Source: Candidatus Bathyarchaeia archaeon (lineage in GTDB: Archaea; Thermoproteota; Bathyarchaeia; Bathyarchaeales; Bathycorpusculaceae). Taken from it: DNA of 45,991 bases. How positions within the stretch are numbered: the first letter of the stretch is position 1; the number at the start of each line of letters is the position of its first letter. The translations under genes and the position numbers were made by a program. Below, piece after piece: positions 10,246 to 18,993 of the stretch. The stretch is taken from positions 1-45,991 of the forward strand of contig JAVZNT010000004.1 in assembly GCA_038882655.1 (NCBI GenBank), written 5' to 3'. The notes below the pieces were generated by a model. The model searched no databases. It saw only the letters and a program-made list of their open reading frames with translations, and had not been told where the DNA came from.

Positions 10246-11958
10246 ATGAAAGCTCTTGAAATAACACCTTTGGAAGGAAAAACATTAAGGGTCATAATAG
10301 TTGAGAAAGAATACAGCGAACCATTCTGGATCGCAGAACCCGCAAACAATCACACACCCAAAAACATCCTCTCATCCAGATTTAAGCCGTCCGTAGCCTT
10401 CTGCAGTTTCTTCGAAAAATTAATCGACGAAGTTAAACCAGACTTCATAACAGAAGAGCTAGGAAACCGCTCAACCAAAGAATTTAATGAAGCAAATGTT
10501 CTCGCTCAAATAAGCCAGAAAGCAAAAATCCCCTTCTTCGCTGTCGACATGGACGAAAATGCACGAGGCTACGTGGCTTCCCTCATTGAAGAGAAAAGAC
10601 AGCTTAGAGACAAAATACTGAAAGCGTTGGAAGAAATGCCCGAAAATAGTGCCGAAAAAGAGTACTTGATAGCATATGGGCAGTGCTTACAACAGGAAAT
10701 CGAGGAGTTAGAACGCGAGGCGAAGTTTTCAGTCAGGGAAAGTTGGATAGCCATGGACATTCTTGAAAACGCCAGAAGCTTGGAAAAAACAGAGATTATA
10801 TGCTTGCACATATCAAGTCCAGAACACGTAGGCGGAGTAAAAAAACTTTTAGAGTCTGTTGACGTCAATGTAGAAACAATTCAGCCGACAAAAAAGTTGG
10901 TCTTCACAAAGGAGAAGGCGCCGATGGCTGAGGTTGAGGATTTACTTAAATCCATGCAAATTCAAGTTAAACCAGTTATTAGAACGTCATCCGAAGAGGC
11001 TCCTTACATTCTTTTCTTCTTAGACACAGATAAGAGGGCAAGCCCATTTGACATTTGCATGGCTTACGATGCTGGGTTCAGCGTTGTAGTCCCATACGAA
11101 AACGTAACTGCTGAGGAAGCAAAGAAGATAGTGCAGGACGCCATCTTCTCAAGAGACCCGAAGGGGATTAAGCGTACATGCTTCTTTGTCGGCGGAAAAG
11201 ACATGGAAAAAGCTGAAGAAGTTCTAAAGGTTGTACGCGAAACCATGTTTCCACCCTTTCAAGCCAACACCATAATTGACCCAGCTGGCGCCTATACAAC
11301 AGCAGCAGCCATGGTGGCTAAAGTTGAAGACGCCATAGCAAAAGCCAAGCTTGGAAATTTAAAAGATAAACGAGTAGCGGTTTTCGGCACAGGAGCCGTT
11401 GGAAGGGTTGCAGCCATCCTGTTGGCTAAACTTGGATGCAGCGTAAAGATTGTGAGTCCAAACCCTGACAGAAAAGACGGAGACGAATACGTTTCAAAGC
11501 TGTCCACTCTGCTCCGTGAAAGATACGGCGTGGACGTAGAAGGCGTTTTCGCCCCAACGCCGGAGAAAAAAGTTGAAGTTGTAAATGAGACGGATGTTAT
11601 TCTGTGCGCGTCCGTTGCAGGAGTCCGTATATTAACCAAAGACATGTTGAACTCTGTGAAATTTGTCAAAGTTATAGCCGACGTCAATGCTGTTCCGCCG
11701 CTCGGGGTGGAAGGAATGAAACTTGAAGACGACATGAAAGAATTTGCTCCTGGAATCTTCGGCATAGGTCCACTAACGATTGGACGGCTTAAGTACAAGC
11801 TTGAACGCGAAATTTTAAGGGAAGCCAGAAGAAACGGTAAAGGAACAGTCTACAACTACAACTATGCAATGGAACTGGCAAGGAAGATACTTAAGGGTGA
11901 ACTTCCAGCTGCCAAGCTTGCAGTTACAGTTAGTTACCCTCCAAAGGAACGAAAGTAA
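10246..11958 (+). CDS. Fusion of an unknown ~250-aa N-terminal domain with a NAD(P)-dependent methylene-H4MPT dehydrogenase (MtdA/B/C-like)
   Basis: C-terminal part has DTD..ASPFD..MAYDAG, QDAIFSR, DPAGAYTTAAA, GTGAVG, DVNAVPPLGV and IGRLKY. Confidence 0.85.
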   Translation: MKALEITPLEGKTLRVIIVEKEYSEPFWIAEPANNHTPKNILSSRFKPSVAFCSFFEKLIDEVKPDFITEELGNRSTKEFNEANVLAQISQKAKIPFFAVDMDENARGYVASLIEEKRQLRDKILKALEEMPENSAEKEYLIAYGQCLQQEIEELEREAKFSVRESWIAMDILENARSLEKTEIICLHISSPEHVGGVKKLLESVDVNVETIQPTKKLVFTKEKAPMAEVEDLLKSMQIQVKPVIRTSSEEAPYILFFLDTDKRASPFDICMAYDAGFSVVVPYENVTAEEAKKIVQDAIFSRDPKGIKRTCFFVGGKDMEKAEEVLKVVRETMFPPFQANTIIDPAGAYTTAAAMVAKVEDAIAKAKLGNLKDKRVAVFGTGAVGRVAAILLAKLGCSVKIVSPNPDRKDGDEYVSKLSTLLRERYGVDVEGVFAPTPEKKVEVVNETDVILCASVAGVRILTKDMLNSVKFVKVIADVNAVPPLGVEGMKLEDDMKEFAPGIFGIGPLTIGRLKYKLEREILREARRNGKGTVYNYNYAMELARKILKGELPAAKLAVTVSYPPKERK

Positions 11959-11970
11959 CTCAGCAAAAGG

Positions 11971-12987
11971 CTAAGAGGGAACCTTAAAAGATTGGTTAAT
12001 GGTAATCTCTGCGATGTCTGCTGAATACTCGGCTATACGTTGGATGCTGTCTCTTATAGAGCAGCATGCGCAAATGACCTCGGTGTCTTTTTCCTTCAAA
12101 AATGCTAGGGAGGCTATTTCCCTATCCAACTTCTCTATTTTAGCCTGATTCTCAATAACATCATTCGCTACTTTCACATCTTTTGCGAAAAGGGCGTTTA
12201 CTGCATTGTCGTAAAGTGTTAATGCGTCGCATCCGGCAGAATACATTTTCTCTAACAAAGGCTTTGAAACCTCTTTTCCGCCTCCTTCCATCATGATTAC
12301 GTGTTTTGCCACATTAGCCGCTTGGTCTGAAACTTGTTCTATGCGGTGAATAAGCGTCTGATAATCCAAGCAGTCAATGGGCTCTACCGCAAGCTGATTA
12401 GCCAACGCGGGGTCAACAGCCGCCCTGCGTACAAGCCTCAGCAAGAAGAAAGAGAAGTGGTCAACTTCATCGTCTATCATATAAACTGATTTCGCTAGAG
12501 CTGCATCTTGATCTTTAAGGGCGGTGAAGGCTTCCCGACACATGGAGCTTGATATTTTGTACATTCTATTAATTCCGGTTTCAATAGATGCCTTAGACTC
12601 GTCTATAAGGGTTGCAATGTTCATTTCTTTCGTATCCGCCTCCATTATACGCATGTAAAGCATCTGCACTATCCTCCGGATGGCTTTCTGTTGCGGCACC
12701 GTGAAAAATTTGTCTGACACAAGTCTAATGTAGGAATAACCATTCAAGTAGCATGCAATTATGCCGCGAATGATAAAGGATATGTCCTTTTCTGACTCAA
12801 CATGAAGGGTTATCTTAGCTGGTTCCCGCTCTTTCCGCGCACCGGGAAAAACGACTAGGGAGCGGTCTCTGTTCATTGCAATTGAGACAACATCTCCACT
12901 CTTAAGCTCGTTTAACTCAGTCCAATATTTTGGAAGCGAAATAACAAGCGAAGAGCGCCCGAGAGACATTATTTTACGTTGCTCCAT
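11971..12987 (-). CDS. AbrB-domain / PhoU-domain transcriptional regulator
   Basis: RKIMSLGRSSLVISLPKYW AbrB N-terminus; PhoU repeats DDEVD, RIEQVSD and RIAEYSADIAE. Confidence 0.9.
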   Translation of the reverse strand: MEQRKIMSLGRSSLVISLPKYWTELNELKSGDVVSIAMNRDRSLVVFPGARKEREPAKITLHVESEKDISFIIRGIIACYLNGYSYIRLVSDKFFTVPQQKAIRRIVQMLYMRIMEADTKEMNIATLIDESKASIETGINRMYKISSSMCREAFTALKDQDAALAKSVYMIDDEVDHFSFFLLRLVRRAAVDPALANQLAVEPIDCLDYQTLIHRIEQVSDQAANVAKHVIMMEGGGKEVSKPLLEKMYSAGCDALTLYDNAVNALFAKDVKVANDVIENQAKIEKLDREIASLAFLKEKDTEVICACCSIRDSIQRIAEYSADIAEITINQSFKVPS

Positions 12988-13136
12988 ACAAACTTTCACC
13001 ACTAAACATTAACAAAAAAATCAAATATATATTTTTATAGACAATATAAGTAGAGCTTTCTTAATTCAAACAGCTTAAATAAGTAAAATCGCGATTCTAT
13101 TAGTGAAAAGCCGGTAATGTTGGAAGGTGAAAAAGT

Positions 13137-13328
13137 TTGACAGAGGTTGTTGAGAAAGGTTTGAAAAAGATAGGGATAACGGTTTCTAAACCAGTGTTAG
13201 CCGTCATATGCATAATCTTTGGCATCATAGTGATAGCATGGAAGGAATCCTTAAACTTAGTAGTTGGCATATTTCTCATAATCGAAGGTGTCTTAATGCT
13301 TACAGAACATCTAGAGCTTAAAAAATAG
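13137..13328 (+). CDS. Small two-TM membrane protein
   Basis: Two hydrophobic segments; GGTGA SD before the TTG start. Confidence 0.7.
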   Translation: MTEVVEKGLKKIGITVSKPVLAVICIIFGIIVIAWKESLNLVVGIFLIIEGVLMLTEHLELKK

Positions 13329-13399
13329 CAACCACCACCCCCACCACCAGCCTAAACCTTTACTTTTAGCCACATCTGTAAAATGGAGCAAGAAACTGG

Positions 13400-14614
13400 T
13401 TGGCAACAAATAAAATTCGGAACCTCTTGGTTATCGGGATAGACACAACTTTTATCGCCAAGTCTGCAAAAAGCATTGGCTATAATGTTTATGCAATTGA
13501 TTACTTTGACGACGTTGACCTTCAATGGATTTGCGACGATTACAAGTCTGCAATAAAACATTACAAAGGCGAAAATTACAAGGGCGAGAGCGCCTCTTAT
13601 AATCCAAAAGTTCTCATGGAACTGGCAAAAAGTTTGATAATGGATCGTCATATAGATGCGCTTTTGCTTTCTTCAGGTCTTGACGACCAGTTTGACGTCC
13701 TCTACGAGTTAAATAGCATGGCACCAATATTGGGAAATCCTCCTAGTGTTATTAGAAAAGTTCGCGAAAAGCAGAGGTTCTTTAACGAACTTAAAGCACT
13801 AGGAATACCTCACCCTGAAACAGTTGTCGTTAAAAACGTCCACGAAGCAAAAGAAGCTGCCGCGAGGATTGGGTATCCAGTTGTCTTTAAACCAGCTAGC
13901 GGCTTTGGAGGGATGGGAATAAAAATCGCATCATATCCTTCAGAAACAGAGAGGGCTTTTTCCTCAGCGTCAAAGATATCCGACAGAGTTGTTACTCAAA
14001 AATTGATTAAGGGCTTTCATGCAAGCATGTCTATTTTAGCTGATAAAAAAGAGGTCAAGGTTTTATCTATAAATGAACAATTATTGGGGTTGCCATCAGT
14101 TTTTCAAGATGAGCCTTTTTGCTATTGTGGTAACATTGTGCCTTTTCAGGTAACCAAATCAATTTTGGAAAAATGCAAATTCATAGCTGAAAAAATTGCT
14201 TTGCATTTTGGTCTTATTGGCTCTAATGGCATTGACATTGTTATTTCAGAGGATGGAACACCACATGTGATAGAGGTTAACCCGCGGTTTCAAGGAACTT
14301 TGGGCTGTGTGGAAAAGGTTTTAGGAATTAACATTGTTGACGCTCACGTCAAAGCTTGCCTATACGATGAACTACCAACAACGATGTTGCCTTCAAATTT
14401 TTGCACCCGCCTTATTTTATATGCTCCTAGGCGGGTTGTTGTTCCAGACCTTACAACATTACAAGGTGTGCAAAATATCCCACCTCCACAAAGCATAATT
14501 GAGAAGGGAGAACCTTTATGCTCTGTTTTGGCTGAGGGAGAAAGTCGCAAAATATCTCTTCAGAAAGCTAACGACCTAGCCAAGGTTATTTATAGCAAGC
14601 TTCAACCGCTCTAA
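13400..14614 (+). CDS. ATP-grasp carboligase (COG2232-like, H4MPT/methanofuran-linked type)
   Basis: AIDYFDDVDL, GYPVVFKP.SGFGG, YCGN, GSNGID and IEVNPRFQG. Confidence 0.85.
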   Translation: MATNKIRNLLVIGIDTTFIAKSAKSIGYNVYAIDYFDDVDLQWICDDYKSAIKHYKGENYKGESASYNPKVLMELAKSLIMDRHIDALLLSSGLDDQFDVLYELNSMAPILGNPPSVIRKVREKQRFFNELKALGIPHPETVVVKNVHEAKEAAARIGYPVVFKPASGFGGMGIKIASYPSETERAFSSASKISDRVVTQKLIKGFHASMSILADKKEVKVLSINEQLLGLPSVFQDEPFCYCGNIVPFQVTKSILEKCKFIAEKIALHFGLIGSNGIDIVISEDGTPHVIEVNPRFQGTLGCVEKVLGINIVDAHVKACLYDELPTTMLPSNFCTRLILYAPRRVVVPDLTTLQGVQNIPPPQSIIEKGEPLCSVLAEGESRKISLQKANDLAKVIYSKLQPL

Positions 14615-15336
14615 AGGGGTAATTTCAATTTGCGCACCGCATCAATTATTGGTGGACCTACTGTCGCTGTTATAACGGCGGATAAACTCACTTTTATTGG
14701 AGTCTCAACAGCGCCTAATGCCCATATGGCTTGGAGCTCGTTAGCTCCGTAGCCATAAAATAGATTGTAGGTTTGACATGGTACAAAGATGAAGATTCGG
14801 AAAAGAACATCTGCCTCTAAGCCAATAAACACACTGAAGGCGAGAATATAGATTAAACTTTTTTTAGACTTTGCATTCCATAAACTTTTCCACTTTGATG
14901 TGATAACTGCCAAAAAGAGTAAAGTGACAAAAGCCAAATAGACATCCCACATCCCCCAAAAAGGAAGTTGCCATGAAACTGGTGCGGCGAAAAAGCCTCC
15001 TAAAAGGGCAAGATAATATGTTAAAACTATGCCCCACTTTCTTCTAAAAGCGAGCGCGGAAATCATTGCTCCGAGAGGGGCGCCAAGAGTGAAAAGAAAC
15101 TCGTACACATCGACATAATTTATAAAGTGCCCGACCATAACCCCAACGAAGTTTGAAAGGAAGCCAGCCCACGGTCCAAGCAATATTCCTGTTAGCGGTT
15201 CAGATATGAAAATCCAACTGTACCAAACGCCGGAATATGGTAGAATTGGTGGAACAATTAGTGAATCGCAAATTATATTGAAGGCGGCGAAAACCGAAAT
15301 TAAGGCGATAAAAGTGGACTTTTCAAGTTTTGCCAA
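14611..15336 (-). CDS. Probable ECF transporter S component
   Basis: About 6 TM segments; ALISVFAA and GILLGPWAGFL pattern. TTG start after GGGAG. Confidence 0.6.
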   Translation of the reverse strand: MAKLEKSTFIALISVFAAFNIICDSLIVPPILPYSGVWYSWIFISEPLTGILLGPWAGFLSNFVGVMVGHFINYVDVYEFLFTLGAPLGAMISALAFRRKWGIVLTYYLALLGGFFAAPVSWQLPFWGMWDVYLAFVTLLFLAVITSKWKSLWNAKSKKSLIYILAFSVFIGLEADVLFRIFIFVPCQTYNLFYGYGANELQAIWALGAVETPIKVSLSAVITATVGPPIIDAVRKLKLPL

Positions 15337-15401
15337 CTGACTCCCTTTCACTGTCTTATTTTTCCAAACTAAAACATGCTGATATTTAATAATTTTTAAC
15401 A

Positions 15402-16019
15402 TTAACCAAGAAACAGCTGGACGAGAAATACGATTAGTGCTGTTAATGCGCCGACAGTGATCATTGCTATGCCGTAGAGCCATCCGTTCTCCTTCGCTAT
15501 TCTGCCCAAGTATATGCCTAAAAAGAAGAGAACAACCAAAGAAAGAGGTATTGAAGTGAAGTAAGCGTTAGATATGGAGATTATTCTTATGGATGCTAAG
15601 ATGAAGGGAGTCAATGAGATTGCAGCCGTTAGGGTTGGTGACAAACCATCTATTAGCGCCACATAGAACACCACAAAACGAGCGGCTTCATAATGTATTG
15701 GGTCTACACGCTTTCTTGTTGCTTCCTCCATGTCCTTTAAGTGGCGTTCCCTTTCGGCTTTTTCAGCCATAAAGGCTCCGAAAAACCCAGAAATCCCCAT
15801 AGCTAAGCATGCGCCAAAGCCAGCAAGCAAAATAACCTCTGGTTTTGCCACTCCAGCCATCCATGAGCCTAAAACTATGCCGAAGATTGTCATGGCTCCG
15901 TCGAATCCGTTCATTACAAAGTATCTTCTAGCTATTCCACTCGCCTTGGTTATGTGGAGGTAAACCTTAACTTTTCTAAAGAGGTTTTTGAGAGAATTAC
16001 CCAACTGTTGAATGTTCAC
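15402..16019 (-). CDS. VIT1/CCC1 family membrane protein
   Basis: RRYFVMNGFDG, AMGISGFFGAFMAEKAE and multiple TM segments. Confidence 0.8.
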   Translation of the reverse strand: MNIQQLGNSLKNLFRKVKVYLHITKASGIARRYFVMNGFDGAMTIFGIVLGSWMAGVAKPEVILLAGFGACLAMGISGFFGAFMAEKAERERHLKDMEEATRKRVDPIHYEAARFVVFYVALIDGLSPTLTAAISLTPFILASIRIISISNAYFTSIPLSLVVLFFLGIYLGRIAKENGWLYGIAMITVGALTALIVFLVQLFLG

Positions 16020-16128
16020 CCTTTAAGGGCAACGATTTAAAGCCCATGCTTCAAACGCGGTTTTAATACCACAACTGTTTAATATAAAGCTTTAGAATTC
16101 TCACTCACTCTTTAAAGGAGGAAAACAT

Positions 16129-17172
16129 GTGGCCCTTGCAGAAACTCTGGAAAAGCTCTCAAACGCTTGTGGAGTGGCTGGACGAGAGGAAGAAGTCAGA
16201 AGCCTAATGAAAAATATGCTAAAGCCCTATGTAGACGAAGTTAAGGAGGACAAACTTGGAAACGTTATAGGCGTTAAAAAGGGCAAAAAAGATGCACCCA
16301 AAGTTATGCTGGCAGCCCACATGGATGAAATCGGACTTTTTGTCAAGACAATTTCAAAAGAGGGATTCCTCCAGTTCACAAAAATTGGCGGCATAGACGA
16401 CCGCATACTGCTCGCCCAAAAAGTGATAGTGCATACAGAAAAAGGCCCCTTACATGGCATAATAGGCTCTAAGCCTCCCCACATACAAAAGGAGGAAGAA
16501 CGCAAAAAAGTTATGGCTTATGACGAGCTTTTCATAGATATCGGAGCGGAAAACCAAGAAGAGGCCAAAAAGATGGGTGTAAAAATCGGAGACCCTGTAA
16601 GTTTCGACATAAAATTCGCCAAGATAAGCAACGACATAGTTATTGGAAAGGCCTTCGACGACCGCGTCGGCTGCGCAGTCATGGTTGAAACAATGAAACA
16701 GATCAAAGAGACAGAATGCAATGTTTACGCCGTTGGAACAGTGCAAGAAGAAGTAGGCTTAAGAGGGGCGACAACAGTGGCATTTGGCATATACCCAGAC
16801 TTGGGCATAGCCCTAGACGTCACCATAGCAGGCGACGTCCCAGGCGTAAAAGAGGTGGAAGCCCCGGTAAAGTTGCGGAAAGGTCCGTCGATAACCGTTG
16901 CCGACTATGGGCTTATAACTCATCCAAAAGTTTTGCGCCTACTGGTTGATGTGGCTGAAGAAAACAAGATTCCATATCAGCTTGAAACTGGTTTACAAGG
17001 CTCAACAGATGCTGCCCGCATATCCCTAACAAGAGAAGGTGTCCCCAGCGGCGTTATATCAGTGCCAACACGCTACATTCACAGCCCAGCATCTCTACTA
17101 AGCCTAAAAGACGCTGAAAATGCCGTCAAGCTAACAGTGACAGCCATCCAGAAAATCCCAAAACACTTCTAA
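16129..17172 (+). CDS. M42 family (TET) aminopeptidase
   Basis: AAHMDEIG, KAFDDR, QEEVGLRG, ALDV and RYIHS. Confidence 0.95.
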   Translation: MALAETLEKLSNACGVAGREEEVRSLMKNMLKPYVDEVKEDKLGNVIGVKKGKKDAPKVMLAAHMDEIGLFVKTISKEGFLQFTKIGGIDDRILLAQKVIVHTEKGPLHGIIGSKPPHIQKEEERKKVMAYDELFIDIGAENQEEAKKMGVKIGDPVSFDIKFAKISNDIVIGKAFDDRVGCAVMVETMKQIKETECNVYAVGTVQEEVGLRGATTVAFGIYPDLGIALDVTIAGDVPGVKEVEAPVKLRKGPSITVADYGLITHPKVLRLLVDVAEENKIPYQLETGLQGSTDAARISLTREGVPSGVISVPTRYIHSPASLLSLKDAENAVKLTVTAIQKIPKHF

Positions 17173-17257
17173 GCTCTCTCCAAGAAACATCATCTCCTCA
17201 TTTGTTAAAATGTAAAACAAATTTAAAAGGAAGTCATTTACTAATAACGACAAGGTT

Positions 17258-17695
17258 ATGCCAGAAAAAAGAAATTATAAATTTCTTGAGCATATGGCAG
17301 ATGCATACATTGCCGCTTACGGAAGAGACTTAGCTGAAGCCTTTGAAAACGCTGCAGCCGCCATGTTTGAGGTAATGACAGACATTGAAAAGGTCAACCC
17401 GGAAATTGAGGATTATGTTGAAGTTGAAGCAGCGGATGAATATGCCTTGCTTTACAACTGGCTTGAAGAACTTCTTGTAAAATCAGAAGTTAACGAAATA
17501 TTATACTCAAAATTTGAAATATCAGAAATAGCCGGAACGGCTGACGGTTTTAGGCTTAAAGCCAGAATATGGGGTGAAAAGTTCAACCCCGAAAAACATC
17601 CACAAAAGGTTGGCGTAAAGGCTGTTACATACCATCAAATGGAGATAATCAAAGAACAGGACAAAACAACTGTAAAATTTATACTCGACATTTAA
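17258..17695 (+). CDS. Archease (RtcB cofactor)
   Basis: EHMADA, VKAVTYH and C-terminal LDI. Confidence 0.95.
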   Translation: MPEKRNYKFLEHMADAYIAAYGRDLAEAFENAAAAMFEVMTDIEKVNPEIEDYVEVEAADEYALLYNWLEELLVKSEVNEILYSKFEISEIAGTADGFRLKARIWGEKFNPEKHPQKVGVKAVTYHQMEIIKEQDKTTVKFILDI

Positions 17696-18348
17696 GTTAG
17701 GTTAAGTCCCTTCAACCCCTTCAATATCTCTTGGACAATGACGTCTGGCGGTGTTTCGAGTTTTTCGCATCTGACCTCCACAAACGGAACCATCTTCTCC
17801 CTATAATATTCCAATAGAGGTTGTGTTTGCCTTTCATAAATCTCTATACGCCTTTTAATAACTTCCGGCATATCGTCGGAACGTTGGTATAATGGTCCGC
17901 TACACTTGTCGCACATCATGTCAGTTTTGGGCTTTAAGAAGAGTAGGTTATAGATCGCCCCGCAGTTTTTGCATACTCTCCTAGAGGATAGGCGTTCAAT
18001 AATTATCCAGTCGGGCACTACTAGATGGATTATGGCGTCTGTTTTAGCTATTTCGTCAAGAGCTTTGGCTTGTTTAATCGTTCTAGGATAGCCGTCTAAA
18101 AGGAAACCCTTGCCCTTTGGAATTTTAGCCAAGTTCTCCTTTAGAACTTGAAGGGTTATGTCATCTGGGACAAGCAAACCCTTCTCCACATAAGCTTTCA
18201 CCTTTCTTCCTAAGGGCGTATCCTCTTTTATCATTTCTCGGAAGATATCTCCTGTGGCGATAACTGCAACATTAAGTATCTCCTTCAGTCTTGAAGCATA
18301 TGTCCCCTTCCCTGAGCCTGGCGCGCCAAAGATTATCAGATTAACCAT
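17692..18348 (-). CDS. adk: Adenylate kinase (bacterial-type, Zn-finger LID)
   Basis: GAPGSGKGT, TGDIFR, LVPD, LDGYPR, CxxC..CxxC LID and QRSDD. Confidence 0.95.
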   Translation of the reverse strand: MVNLIIFGAPGSGKGTYASRLKEILNVAVIATGDIFREMIKEDTPLGRKVKAYVEKGLLVPDDITLQVLKENLAKIPKGKGFLLDGYPRTIKQAKALDEIAKTDAIIHLVVPDWIIIERLSSRRVCKNCGAIYNLLFLKPKTDMMCDKCSGPLYQRSDDMPEVIKRRIEIYERQTQPLLEYYREKMVPFVEVRCEKLETPPDVIVQEILKGLKGLNLT

Positions 18349-18425
18349 TACTCACGTCTCCAATCTTGGCAGTTTTGTAAGAGTTTTAGAATTAAAATGT
18401 TTGCTGTGACTACGTCTAGCTAGAA

Positions 18426-18896
18426 TTAACGGATGGGGAAGGATATCTCTTTAACAAGAGTTTCTGGGACTATTGCTTTGCCCCTCTTTTTATTTAGCTT
18501 AACGAAACCTATTTTCCTGAGGGCTTGCAAGTCGTGATAGACATTTTTCACATCGCGCCTCAATTTTTTAGCCAAATCATTTATTGATTCCACCCTTGAT
18601 GTTGCTAACTGATACGGTAGTTCGATCCTTTTTGGCGTGAGAACTGACACTTGGTCTGGTTTAAGCTCTCTTACTTCCTCAACAGTGTAGTCTAGGGTTC
18701 CCTCTTCTAAATATCCCTTATAATTATCTATGAGTTCAGCCCACTCAAAAAAGGTTCTGGCAAATTTTGTGCTAAGCCTACCTTTGAGGAATAATTCTTC
18801 AAATTTTCCAAAACTCATTCCAAACTCAAGTTCAAAATTCCTAATCCTTTCAGCAACTTCTTCTGGTGTTAGGTTTCGAACAATTCTAATGAGCAT
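18426..18896 (-). CDS. HTH DNA-binding protein (HVO_A0114-like C-terminus)
   Basis: LTPKR.EL and SINDLAKKLRRDVKNVYHDL..L...G wHTH. Confidence 0.7.
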   Translation of the reverse strand: MLIRIVRNLTPEEVAERIRNFELEFGMSFGKFEELFLKGRLSTKFARTFFEWAELIDNYKGYLEEGTLDYTVEEVRELKPDQVSVLTPKRIELPYQLATSRVESINDLAKKLRRDVKNVYHDLQALRKIGFVKLNKKRGKAIVPETLVKEISFPIR

Positions 18897-18993
18897 TAAT
18901 AATAGAAGGATTGGCTTCTTTAAATTGTTTCATGCAAAACGTTTAAGGCACACAATAAAAAATTTAAACCTCACCAATGAAGGGAACGGGAAA

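Noticed and set aside
17692-18348. Bacterial-type adenylate kinase in an archaeon
   Set aside because: Known in several archaeal lineages; not novel in itself.
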